DNA of 64,000 bases, from contig RSEE01000029.1 of the NCBI GenBank assembly GCA_003971905.1, positions 124,001 to 188,000 of the forward strand. Reading direction: 5' to 3'. How positions within the stretch are numbered: position 1 is the first letter of the stretch; each line of letters begins with the position of its first letter. Both the position numbers and the translations under genes were made by a program. Below, one piece after another: positions 1-12,365 of the stretch. The DNA is from Moniliella sp. 'wahieum' (Eukaryota). The notes beneath the pieces are model-generated. The model saw only the letters and a list, made by a program, of their open reading frames with translations. It searched no databases and was not told the DNA's origin.

Positions 1-860
1 CGGAGGGTGGATGAAGCGGGTCATAGGGTTCCTCCCCTATGCATAATTTGGCACGCTCGCAGTCCTCCACCCAAACCGCGTCGACAAATTTGAGTTCCAT
101 CGAACTGCGGCGCGAGCCTTGCGATCTACCTTGCGACTCGCTCTCGCGCAGCTGGCTCGTGATGGTCTTGATGTATCCTGCCTCGGCTTCGAGAAAGAGG
201 ACGTGGCTCGTCTTGGGAGGTAAGGAGGCACCCCTGAGCACGACGCAGTCTGCCCCCAACGATTTGACTTTTTCCACCTTGGCCTGCACCCGTGCATTAT
301 CCTCCGACGCTGATGCTGGTCAGTCAGGTGCACAGGAGAGTGGGAGGGGACGTACCCTGTGTGACTAATGCAGTCCGCAGGCCCTGCAGAGGGCGCAGAG
401 GGTACTCCTCCGCCATGCGCAACGCGTCGCACTCTTGTCCTTCGACCCAGCGGAGCCTTACAGCTTTAATCCACTTGGGATCCACCACTGTCATGCCATG
501 CAGGATGGCCTGGCGGTACTTGGCGCTGCCCACCTGAAGAGACAAGATGGGTAGCGACAATGGTGAGATCAGGCTGGGTCTTTGCACCCAACGCTTCGGC
601 ATGCTCCACCAGCTCCGCCTTATCAGCAGCTGGGATGCCAGTGAAGGCAATCACGAGACCAGCCAGGGGACCAGCAGGTTTGGGAGCCGCCACCGGCTCG
701 GGCTCGGACTCGGGCTCGGACTCAGACCCCACCAGCACCGCTCTTCGCTCCTCGGCCATGTCCGCTTCGTCATCGTCGTGGCGAGGGGCGGGGCAGGGCG
801 ATTCCTGGCGCCAGGCACTTTGGTGCTGAGATGGCCGCGACGTGTGCCTCGCCGGTTCAT
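1..860 (-). CDS. BRCT-repeat replication/checkpoint scaffold, Rad4/Cut5/Dpb11/TopBP1-like (5' part only; runs off window; frameshifted)
   Basis: BRCT-type motifs PLAGLVIAFTGI...AEALGA...DLT..ATHLV and VGSAKYRQAILHGMTVVDPKWI...PLQGL in adjacent minus frames; basic N-terminus MNRRGTRRGHLSTKVPG starting at ATG 860. Confidence 0.75.
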
Positions 861-1061
861 GGTCGGCCTGGTGGTTGGGTTCGGGCACACGTGGTTGATG
901 TGGGCCGCCAGTGTTGTTCTCCCCCAACACGAACATACTCGGGTCGGCAGGACGCGGGCCATAGGCATGGGGGTTTGCTTTTATTTTGTTTTTGTTTTTT
1001 TTTAAAAAATTGAAAGTGTTGCCACCTGTCATGAGCAACTTTGGCAGAAGTAATAAAAAGA

Positions 1062-1145
1062 CGTTCCATGTTGGGCTCGAACCAACGACCTCCCGATGGC
1101 CGTGAATTAACAGTCGGACGCTCTAGCCAACTGAGCTAATAGAAC
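1062..1145 (-). tRNA. tRNA-Asn(GTT) with ~10-nt intron
   Basis: Reverse complement folds as a cloverleaf: GTTCTAT/ATGGAAC acceptor stem, D arm GCTC-AGTTGGCTA-GAGC, anticodon arm TCCGA-CT-GTT-A[intron]A-TCGGG, T arm GTTGG-TTCGAGC-CCAAC; followed by a TTTTT Pol III terminator. Confidence 0.95.
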
Positions 1146-1709
1146 GGATGTGTCTGTTGTCCATGAACTCATTTCCACTTCTTTGGGGTCACCTGACCTG
1201 CCGGTCTGACCAGCCTCCCTCCTCTCTTCGTTTGCCTGTGATGGTTTCTTCTGAGCTACCTCCTTTACATTAACAGAGCTGGCCATTTTCTCCTGGTTTA
1301 CTTGGTGTGCACGTAACAACTGCACCTGTCATTATACTGGGAGTGGGGTATACACGGCATGCAGCGTGCCGCACTTCAAGCTTCATCGATCATCCTTCAT
1401 CGATCATCCGAAGCACCCCTCTCGTTTTGTGGATGCATGGGTGACCAGTGACATGTGACATGTGACATGTGACAGGCCGAATGAAGACAAGTTGAAATGT
1501 TTCTAGCGACGGAGATGATGATCAATCAACCAATCGACGATGGACCCAAGCTTGGCGTGGAAATTGAACAGCTTCAAGCTTCAAGCTCCCCCGCCTGATG
1601 GAGAAGAACGAGGTGCGATTTCAACGGCAGCAGCCTTCTCCGTCATCGCGTCACCGCCCTGCTCCATCTCCCTCCTCCCCACCTTCACCTTCTGCTGTGC
1701 TCGGGGTCC

Positions 1710-2487
1710 ATGGCAATGAGGACGCTGCACGTGGCATATCTGGGTCCGAAGGGCACATACTCCCACCAAGCCGCTGCAGAGGCCTTTGCCCCCCTCCAAG
1801 CCGGCGCTGCCGTGGACTTTTGCCGCGTGGGAACCATTGGTGAGGCCATCTCTTTCCTTGATGAGCCCCACATGCACGAGGAGGAAAGGTATTGTGTTGT
1901 GCCAATCGAGAACTCCATCTACGGACCAGTGAAGGAGACTATCCAAGCGCTTGAACTCTCGACTGCACCCCCCTGTCACCCTCCCAAAACGCCTACTTCC
2001 ACACCTTGGACATGGGAGGGGCAAGATTGCGTCCTCCCCCCGTGTGATGGGGAGGCACGTAGAATCGTGGGACACGTTCACCTCGCGATTCAGCATGCTC
2101 TTCTCGTTTCCCAGCCGAATTGGGACCTTGGGGGAGACGTTCTAGCAAGGGTCAGGGCGGTAGAGAGTCATGAACAAGCGTTAGGCCAATGCCAGGCCTA
2201 CCTGTCCGCTCACCTGCCCCACGCTACGCGTGTCCCTGTGGCCAGCACGGCGCTGGCGGCTTCCCATGTGAGAGAGGAGGAAGGGATTGCAGCTATTGCC
2301 TCGCCCTTTGCCGCTCAACTCTATGGTGCTTGTGTCTTTGCTCAAGGCGTGCAGGATAAAGGGGAGTTGTTCCCCTCTCTTCCCAGGTAATAGCTGGCTG
2401 ACTGACATTTGTTTGGACCCAGCCAACTCGACACATTTTGTTGTTTTGACCCGCCATCGGGACCACACCTTCCAGCCGTCGCCTTAA
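1710..2487 (+). CDS. PHA2: Prephenate dehydratase (catalytic domain only; no ACT domain visible)
   Basis: VAYLGPKGTYSHQAA, VVPIENSIYGPV and SHEQALGQC motifs; probable intron ~2362-2422 (CTGAC branch, CAG acceptor) joins to ANSTHFVVL; true start may be slightly upstream. Confidence 0.85.
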
Positions 2488-2747
2488 CCCACGATGCTTT
2501 GTACCTGTACATTCATACCCTTCCATCACATTTTGTGCGTTGCTGTGCTCAATCGGTGGAAATGCACACTTCACACCCTCTACGTCTCAACACTCAAATA
2601 ATCAAGGGAGATCAACAAACGTAGCATGTGACAGGTAGATGGGTATACATGCCCAGCCGAAGTCCAATTTGGGAAGTAAGGAGAAAGAGCAAGGAAAGGG
2701 AACAAGAGAATATGAAGCAACAGACTGGGGAGAGAGGTATGATGACG

Positions 2748-5700
2748 CTACGCCGAGTTGGGCCGATGAGCATTTCCGATTTCCTCAAGGAGATGGTTGG
2801 CACGGGCAACGTACATGCGCGCACCAACGGGGGGCTGGTTATGAGCAATGCCTCGAGACGAGCCGGTGTCCAATGGCTTGCCTGACAATATCTTGTGGCA
2901 CTCGCTCTTTGCTCTCTTGTGGTCGCCCATGAGGAAGCGAAGACGGGCATGTTCCAAGTGGGCACAGCTAGGAAAGAGTCAGTTTGGTGGCCTAGGGGGC
3001 AAAGGCGGGATTGTGGGACTTACTAAATGACGGACAAATCTCCCTCTGCCAGCGCTGGTCCCATGTTGAAAGCGGACTCGAATGAGTGGCAGGCATCTGA
3101 TGCCATCTCCTTGCGGCTGGGCAGCCGCACACCCACTGAAGGAAGGCGAACGATCGTTCCTGGTGCGGGGTAGGCAATGCGACATAAAACAATCTGCAGG
3201 GTACGTTAGTCACTGGGAAATAGATTGTGTACGAGTACATACCCCACGAATGGTATGACACAGAGCCAGGCCCAAAAAGTAGTCGGCCCTTGTTCCATAC
3301 TGCTCGGGAGAGGGGATATTGATGAGAAACTCCAGCTTGCTTTCGATGCGAGGCAGGATATCTTGGACAAGGGTGAAGACTGGGGTTGCTCGAAAACGTG
3401 AAGCAGAGCTGAATTGAGCGATGAGCAGCGTGGTCCGGCGCTTGGGATCGGCAAATCGTTTCGCGCGTAAGACTACCCAACTTTCTAGGGCAACTGCTGT
3501 ATCGCTCCCGGACCGTGCCAGGGCTGGGACAGTCCGCATGATGGTTGTTACCCGTTCCACTTGGCTCGGGTCCAATTCGTAGAGAACAACAGCCTTGAGC
3601 CATTGGAACACAGCCTTGCTCCAATTACTTTGCTTGCTCAGTATGTCAAAGCACTCATACGCACTCTGCCAATCGCCAATGATGATGTCGCAGTGGACAG
3701 ATCCCATAAGCACACATGATAAAACTCACGGACCACGTTCGGAGAACGAACGGTGGCCAGCAGCAACTGAATCGCCTGTTCAGGTAGGGCTTGGTTAATA
3801 AACAATCGTGCATGGGCGTGAAGGAAAATGGGACTCTTGGGGAACCGCTTCAGATTCCAGGCGGTGATCGAGTCGCACAATTCATAGTCAAGGTCTGGAC
3901 AGGCATGAATGAGGATCCGAAGAGATCAACCAATAAGACAAAAATGTCTCCCATCGGCCGCTGGAGGCCCTCCCCCAGTGAAGTGACCCTGGGGGCCACG
4001 CTGGTCTTGGTCCAGCCACCAGAAGCCAGGAGGTACGTGAGTGCTCGACGAGTGTCTGTGACCTTTTGTGGAGACCAAATACCGAGCTCACTCCGTGGGG
4101 AATGGTGTTGATCACAAAAAGGAGTACGCCCCGGGTAACCAGCACGCCCGAGCGAAAGTCTGCATCAAGGATTTTTAGCGGTTTTCGCCTTGGATAGATG
4201 CTCGCTCTGCCGCTTCGTCCATAGTCTGGACAAATGCGCTCAGGCCCAAAATCATCTTGCGCGCCGTCTTAAGCATCAGAACCACTCGGGCCATTGTCGT
4301 CTTGTTGTGCGTGTGGACAGACGTGACAAGAGCAAGAAGAACACGCAGTTCCGTCGCCAACAGCTCCGCGTGAAGCTGAACAGGGGACATGGTGGCATAA
4401 GTAGCGTTGGCGCCGGAAAAGGAGAGGATACGACCTATCTTGGATCGTCGCTTACGGAGCAGCTCCGCAACATTCAATCCGTGAGAGCAGCATTGCATCG
4501 CCGCGACAATGTCCGATGAATTGAACGTAAGCAAAGCCTTGAGGGAGTTGACCAACGCCATGCCCGCTGCAGGGTAGAGATGAGTGCCCGCATCCTTGGA
4601 GATCATATCCCCTAATTCACCAGACCGACCGTCGAGCAACATATCTCTTGCGACGCGCATCGTTCTTCTGTCACGAGCAAGCTGAGCATCGGTCAGAGCC
4701 ACATCTGCCCGGGTTAGAGGACGAGAAGGAATGTAGTCGGGAGTGACGCCGGTAGAAGGAATCCAGTCAATTGCCTCCTCTTCGCCTGCTTGCACAACCT
4801 TGCTGTTTGGGTCCTCTACCGCATCAAGCGAAGATGACTGGCTAGCATTTTGTGCTAAACTGTGCACAGGGGAGCTGTGACCTGAGGCGAAAGGGACTGA
4901 CTTGTCTCTTTCCCCTGTGGAAGAGGACACATCATCTTCGTGAGACCTTTCTTGCGCAGAGGAGGAGGCTTGAACCGAAGAGGCATCTAGGTTGTTGGGC
5001 ATTAAGGGCAACGTTTTGGAACGAGTGATACTTTTGAGTCTAGGCCGTGGTATAATCTTGCCAGTCCCCATCTCCCTTTCGAAATCATCCGTCAAGAGAG
5101 GCGAACGAGGAGTGCGGGGCAAGTCGGCCGACAGACTTGCTACGACGTCCTTGGGAGGGAAAGTGAAGGCCTCAGGACTGTATGGCTCGGCCACGTAAAG
5201 CGGGATCAAATCGGGAGTCCGCTCCGTCCCACATGCCCCAAAACGACCACCAAAGGACTGCGCCATAGTGTCTTGTCCGTGGTGCTTAAGCCAGCTGATG
5301 AGACCAGGAATGCTGTATTGCACTTGCATCGTTTCCATCTCAGGATGGTTCTGATCCGAGGTATAGGTCATCCAAGTGATGGAAGCGTCCTCATGCAGCA
5401 CACCGGTACGGTTGTAGTTATGGGTTGCGTAGACGTATGGCCGAAGCTGTAACTGTTTAAGTCGGATTTGGATCTGCAGAACCATGCGACGGAAGTCGAT
5501 ATCCTCCTCTGCTGGACTGCCCCCCTCCGTCTCAGCCCACTGGAGCGAAAGCTGGTCCAATGCGCGCATGAGCTCTTGTAGCTCGAGCTCGATCATCTCC
5601 CCACAATCAATTCCCTTCTGCACCCGATCTTCGTCCGGCTTGGGGTCAATGTAGCGCCACTGCCACTGTGCTTCGCCGCCAAGGTGAGTGGGGAGAATGT

Positions 5701-7272
5701 TAAGGGGCGCATATTCCTCCAGGTCTTTGGGCGTATGGGTGAAGCGGATCTTGTGTCGCACTTTGACGTCAATCAGGGGTAGGATCGTCTGCCAGACCCC
5801 TCTAAAAGCCCAAGAGGCACGGTGGAGGAAGACGACTTCCATGCGTTCGACCATGATGAGCTCCAAGTACTTGATGGAGAACAAAATGGCTTGCCAGTCC
5901 AGCGGCTGGCCTGCCACGTTGGCCAAATCAACCAAGAAAACGGCCTTTCCAAACCGACTGGCCATCATTCGCTGGAGGCTCTGCGTGGTCAAAACGAGGA
6001 CCTTCTGCAGTGCCTCGGTTGACTGGGTTCCGCCCATGAGACGCACCGGATTGAATATAAACAAGGGCATGGTTACTCCACGGACCTTTGTATAGCCTTG
6101 GATGTAAGCCGGGCCTCTGTGAAAATATCAACAAACTGACCCTCCCCTCCTTAACGATGTTGGGCACATCAAGCTCGTACCATGTGCTGAGCATTTGCAT
6201 GGCCAACGACACCGCCGCCTCCACGTCAAAGTCACGCGCACGAAGGACGCGAAGGAAAATGTCATCTGCAAATTCACCCTAAGTAAGGTATCAGTACACT
6301 GAATGTGGAATGCCAAAAAGGAGCGGAATACTCACTCCGGTACCCTCCCAAAAAGCTTCACGGAGCAAAGGGCCGCCATAGAGATTGGTGTATTCGTGCG
6401 CAGGGGCATAGCGCTCCTTGAAGGTCTCTGATATGGCGTCATCATCGCTGAACACAAGCTGGTTGGCCTTTGTCAAGCTCTTGTGATTGGTAAACTGAAG
6501 CGGAGGCTTGGGTACAAAGGAGGGTCCACCGACCATGCGAACGCGGTCGGAGACTTCCTGGTGGTAGTCGCACGTCTCCAGCGTCCTAACCCACATTTGC
6601 TTGAGCTTCTCTTTGTGAAATGGAGTTAAATGCAGCGGCGTGGCATGGCATGTCATCGAAGGCGGCGTCGGGCCAAGGCTGAAAGAGAACACGTACCATT
6701 GTACCCTTCAGGCACGCTTTCGTTGGGGCCAATGGGCACAGTGTTCAGAGCAAAGTCCTGTGCTGTCGGCATCTTCGTCGGGCGATCGCGACACGGTGGT
6801 GCTGAACACCAGATGCGGGCAGGAGTGATGGAGCGGAAGGACCGTGGTGGGGCGTATGCGCAAGCGGAGTGGGGTATAGATACGCCAGGTGGTGATAATG
6901 GCCATCGAACAGCCGCCGAGGCAGGCGCGGCTGCTCACTTGAGCCCCTGGACCAGGGTACGGACAGAGCTTGGTGTGGAGCATTGGGGCGAACCGGTGAC
7001 ACAGCCGGGGACCGATGACCTTACCGGTGACACCAGCAGCCCCCCCTCTACTAACAAGTAGTCCAGGAGGAGGCTTGACGGATGGCGCGGTTGGCGCTGA
7101 CGCCGGGTGGGAGCGTAGACATGGGGCAGGGTCCATTCGACCCATAGCCCGTGGCGGAGATATGATAAGCAGGGACATGTGTGGCACTGACATCGCCTTC
7201 CCACGGGGGCCGCCCCTGGGCCTCTCAGGCGGCAACTGGCACTGCTGATGGTGGCGACTGGGGGAAGAGCAT
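2748..7272 (-). CDS. CRAL-TRIO (Csr1/Sec14-like) domain fused to IML2/TTC39 (DUF3808)-like domain
   Basis: HLTPFHKEKLKQMW, DDIFLRVLRARDFDVEAA and RASWAFRGVWQTILPLID...KIRFT...LPTHLGG (CRAL-TRIO); HLYPAAGMALVNSLKALLTF, QLHAELLATE and LSKQSNWSKAVFQWLKA (IML2/TTC39); several introns and frameshifts; start codon approximate. Confidence 0.8.
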
Positions 7273-7577
7273 CCCGACAACTTGGTGACATTTCATAAAC
7301 GCGTTCCCCTGTGCGTGCGTGAGTGGTGCACCGTACCATATCATAGTGCTGTTGACCAGGCAGATCATCGACATGATAACATCCGCATCACTGGTGAACC
7401 AAATACAGCCATGGACATCAGAACCTGCCTTAGTTCTAGCTACCATGCCTAGTTCCCCCGCATTCCTCTCTCATATGGCGGGCCTGTTCTCTATAGACGT
7501 CGGGGGTACAGCCACCGCAACTAGATGCTAGACGCGGTGAAGGCGCAGTGCGGTGGGGGGTAACGTGCGTGGTCAAA

Positions 7578-10500
7578 TTATGAGCAAGACGACAGCTCTG
7601 TGGCCCGTTGCGGCGCGGGAGAGAGATGAACTCCATCGAGCCGCTCTTTCAAGTTGACCCAAATCTGTCCTCGCTCACGGATCTCGGGTTCAGCGGGGTC
7701 ACACGACGCTGATGTGGGCACCAGTTCGCTTCGTGTCCGTGCCGGATCTGGCATGCACTGGGGTGGGGGGGGCATTCTTGTGAATCGTTGGCCGTGGCCA
7801 AATGTGTGGGAGACCCGAGACTGCTCAAAGTAGCTGGGACAGTGGACGGAGGCTCCGACGATGAGGGTATGGCGGGGCGAACGTGGGTAACGTAGATGTC
7901 AGTTGCGCACCTTCTGTGAATCTAAAGGAGGGTGTGGGTGGGGACTCAGAGTCGTCCAAGTGAGGCGAATGAAGGGAGGCGATTTTGCTGGAGGCCCAAG
8001 CAGCAGCAAAGCTCAAGCTCTCATCTGTGTCCGACTGCATCACGGTTGTAGAATGTTGAGGAGCAGGTGCAGAGAGATTGGCTCCGCAGTGGCTTGGGCG
8101 CACCATGGATCGTGGTTGACGTGACTGGCGATTGTTACGGTTTGGTAAGGCGCGCCCATTTCGGGATGATGCATCAGATTGGCGGTCGTAAGACGGGTTG
8201 GCAGCCTCCGCAGTTGGGGACGTGGGGGCCGTGCTGGTAGAATCAAAGACGTTCAAGGAGCTGGTTGAACGAACAGTGGATGGAAATGAGGAACGCATAG
8301 GAGGAGCTTTTGGTGTGGACCTTACTAGCCCACGACCAATAAATGGCAAAGGACCAGGGCTCACACTACCGTCTGACCCAGAGGAGAGATGAAGATTCCC
8401 CACCCCTGACGTGTTCATACTCCACGACGAACCCAATCCAGGTGAAGGCAACGGTGATGAGTGCAATTGGGGCACAACAGGAAGGCTGGTCGTCTTGGTG
8501 AAAAGGCGTCTGGGCAGGGAAGTCCACCCATGGCCGCTCGATTCTTCCTGAGTGTATCCTTCCGAGGGGAGTTCCATTTCTCATCCCTCGCGTGGGGGTT
8601 TGGCAATGGCGGGTCTTTTAGCTCCTCCAGAAGAACACCGGTCGTCATGGAAATGATTGAAGCCCACCAAATGAGGCAGCCATAGTGCAGAACTTAGTCG
8701 ACCGTCCTGCTCTCCCATCACGAGATGTGCGGGAAACATTCCCACACAAACACCCGATGCTTCGTCGCTACTGGAAGTGATGTGAGCGAAAGATGTACCA
8801 GGGCGGGAGACCGGGTTCCGTGAGCGGGTCCGAGCGGCTGAGGGAGAGATAGAGATCCAATCTTCTCTCTCATCCGAGGCAGAGTCAAAGTCCGAGGCGT
8901 TTACTTCACCAGTCAGCAGTAAAGAGGCGGAAAAAGAGTCTGTTCGCATGGAAATGCTCTCTCCCCCGGTTTCAATCGCTGTCGGGGGGACGCATTAAGC
9001 TGCATCGGATCCTCCTCTTCCTCCTCCTCCTCGCCTGAGATAGGGCGTACCGACCGCATAGTAGGGGCACGGATCCCTGCATTTCCCCAATAAGGGACCG
9101 AGGGCCACTTGCGTGGTTGAATGGGACCCCGATCGATAGGTGCATCTTCGCCGTCTTCGCCGTCGGAAGGAAGCGAGGGGAGGGAGAATGGGTACGAGGT
9201 AATCGGATATGTGATGCGGGGTGAGTACCAACTGGACTTGATGGCACCAGCTGGTCGGTGTGATGGGGGCTGGGTGGTAAGCTTGAGAATGGGAAAAAAC
9301 TAAGGATGGCTTTTGCTCCCCACCAGGTGCCGGCTCAGCAACCAAATATTTTGCTGGGGTCCAAGGCTGGCCTTGACAGCGCTTCTGGGCGCTCTGGTGA
9401 ACCGCTTTCATCATCTGTTTCCAAGCCTGCGACTCGGAGACTGTACGCTTAGCATTGCTTCCTCCGGAGCAACGCGTATCGGACCCTATCCATCCCTGCA
9501 AACGGGCATCTGAAAGCCGCGGGAGACGGGAAGCGGAGCCGTCCCAGCTCCCCAAGGCCAACGCGGGTGGTGGCATTCTGCTTCCAGAAGCGCCAGCAGG
9601 ATCTGAGGGCAGGGCAGGCGTCATGTAGGGGAAGGGTAAGGCGAGGGAGGGATACCGCTGGGAGGCACTGACCCCACGCCGGTGGAACACCTGTCCGAGC
9701 AGGAGTGGAAAACCCGTGGAAGCCATGTGGCGGTGGCGGCATGACTGAGTCGGCCGACCAGAAGCCAGCTCCACAGCTGGAGTGGATGTGACAAAGTCAG
9801 GTGCTGCAGCTTTCAATCCAGTGCGGGAAAATGGAGTAGAGACGAGGGGACCCAGGTCTTTTCTCAGGAAAGGCACCAATGGGGACCACTGGGTGGGTTG
9901 GGAAGGCGTGTTGCTGATCTTCGTGTCCATAGGCTCTGGAGGCTGGGTTCGGGTTTGGGCTTGGACCTGGGCACGGGCAGTGTGGAAACATTGTCGATCA
10001 GGGCGGTAAGTAAAGCCGACCCAAGCATAGTCCACTCCCTCAAGAGGGTCATGTTCATCGTCCGCTTCTGCTTCGGACATGAGGCCAACCGACTCGACTG
10101 AGGTGTCGGCCATCGTGGCATCTACTTCGACCTTCGTTACCTCTGAAGAGGAGGAGGATGGATGATGTCCTCCAGAAGCGCATACCCTCGGCCCAGCAGC
10201 ATCCATCATTGGGGTGCCGGAATCGACAGCATCCCGCCGGAACAACGAGTGAGGTGGTGAGGGGTCATCCAGAGACTCGCGCGAAAATGGATCAGTCGGG
10301 TACATGCAGCTCTTATCGGAGAGAAGCAATGTTTGATCGATCGAGGGAATAAAAGGAGGTGGCTCAGACGCCCAAGTTGCAGGGTCTGACCCTCCGAAAG
10401 CAGGGTGGTGTAGGACCTCCGTTGATCCATTTCGACCGAGACGGTTGGGGGCACTGGCCATCAGACCCGATAGGAGAGAATGGAGTTCAGAACTGATGGG

Positions 10501-11664
10501 TACAGAATCATTAAAGTGGAGAAATTGGTCATGGTGACGGATTTGGTACCATGCCTCGGCCGGACTCACGGCCCAAAAAGGGAGTGTACCATATACCATC
10601 TCGTACAAAACAACTCCCACCGACCACCAGTCGACTTCAGGCCCATAGGCACCCGGGCCATCTGGTGGAATAGATAGGTTATCACGCGCCGATACATCGG
10701 CACCTAGGCTGAGGGCCAAACCCTTACTGGAATTCCCCCCGGCAAGCTTGGCTTCTTGATATAGCAGGATCTCGGGTGCAATGTAGTCGCATGTCCCAGC
10801 GGGCTTTTGGCAGTAGGCATGGTGCACCAGACGTTTCTTATGCTCGGATAAAGGTGTATCAAACCACGAGATGGGAGCAGCAGTACCAAAGTCGCACATT
10901 TTGAGATGGCCCGACGAATGTAGCAAGAAGTTAGCAGGTTTGATGTCTCTGGAGAAGGAAGAGCACGTTAGTTTGTTGCTCGAGTGAGGTGGAAATGTGG
11001 CCATCAATGGCATACCTGTGTGCGAATCCAATGTCGTGCAACCAGGAAACAGCAGTACATATATCCTTGGCGTATGCAATGGCCCAAACCTCAGAGAGCA
11101 ACCCGGATATGGCTTTTTCCCGGACTCGCCGAGCTGGCGGCACCGGCCGAAGCCAAGAGGGTTTCGAGATCCCCTGCAGGACAGTATTCCATCACAAGAT
11201 GAGTCGCTTCCTGGACAGGAAGGCGTATGAAGCCTGGGAGTGGGTAAGCCTCCCTCGAGGGCATCATTTAACTCGGCTCCTAATCGCGGCATGGGCGCAT
11301 TTGCTGAAGCAGTTTCCAGAGCTTTCACCAAAATATGCCTCTCAATGAGGGGGTTGATGCGAGAGCTTTCTCTCGCCGCCACACCCTTCAGTGTCGACTT
11401 GAGAACGTACACCTTGCCATCGTGCCGGCAGCGTACGAGGTCGACCAGACCGGGGCCGCCGCGTTGGAGGTTGCGGACGGGAGCGAAGTCACCCTCGTGG
11501 AGCATAAGCTGGGGGATGCGGGCGAGAGCGGTGTGGTCGGCGGGTGCTAGGTGGAGTCGAGCGGCGGGCGGGAGCCAGAGGAGAGCCAAAGCAACGTCGA
11601 TGCTGCTGGCGAAGTTGCGCTGGACTGCAGGCCGGGAAGGGCATTGCGTGCGTGCGGCTGGCAT
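7578..11664 (-). CDS. AGC-group Ser/Thr protein kinase with long low-complexity C-terminal tail
   Basis: KVYVLKS, GFAHR|DIKPANFLL (intron ~10950-11012, GTATGC..CAG), DFG, GTCDYIAPE, DWWSVGVVLYEMVYGTLPF, RLG, PPPFIP and WVGFTY hydrophobic motif; both ends approximate. Confidence 0.85.
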
Positions 11665-12365
11665 GCGCGTATCCTGGCCGAGCGGAGGATGCTGGCTAGG
11701 AGGGGGCGCTGGAGGATGGCATCGAGTTGCTGGCTGCGGTCGCTCCACATGCCGGGCGCGGATGAAGGAGGACCCATGGACGGACGGGCGGCGGGAGCAA
11801 GGATGGCACCAAGAGAGGAGCGTGCGCCGCGAAGGTCAGGTGGCCCAGGCGAGGTGAGGCGAGGCGGTGAGGTGGACTCGGCGGAGCCACTTGCGGAGGA
11901 GCACTGGGCCCTACGTAAGGCCGGCAAGCCCACATGCGTCCCACAAAACTCGTGGTCCATCGGTGCAAACACCGCGTCTCTGCACAGCGCCAGTGTCCAC
12001 TCGCTCCCACTATAGATTGTCTTCTAACCAGAACCGCGACGCTGCTGAAACGTTCAGCTCGGCACCGGTGCAAACCAGGAGGGGCAAAGGCCGCGCCGTG
12101 CGCGTTGAAATGTGCAATTTGGCCAGCGCCGGCGGCAAGCTCCCGGCCAGCAGAGGCCAGCACGGCTGCCGTACGGGCGGCGGATGTGCGGCGCCTCAGT
12201 CCAAGCACAGCGCCAGTGTGTGCTGGCGGCCGTTCCATGGGCGCATCCAGTCAGTTAGGCCGCCTTTGGGCAGCGCAGACCCCCTCCCCTTCCTCCCCAC
12301 CACCACCACCACCACCACACCACCACCGCCTCGTTCTCCTCTGGCTCGTGTGGCCTGTGTGCAAC

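Noticed and set aside
2361..2367. Non-canonical GG splice donor (GGGAGT) in PHA2
   Set aside because: One base from GTGAGT in an error-rich assembly; most likely a base-calling error.
8995..11748. 917-aa ORF taken as the true kinase sequence
   Set aside because: It reads through an intron and compensating frameshifts (the HRD motif is split), so the track translation is partly wrong.
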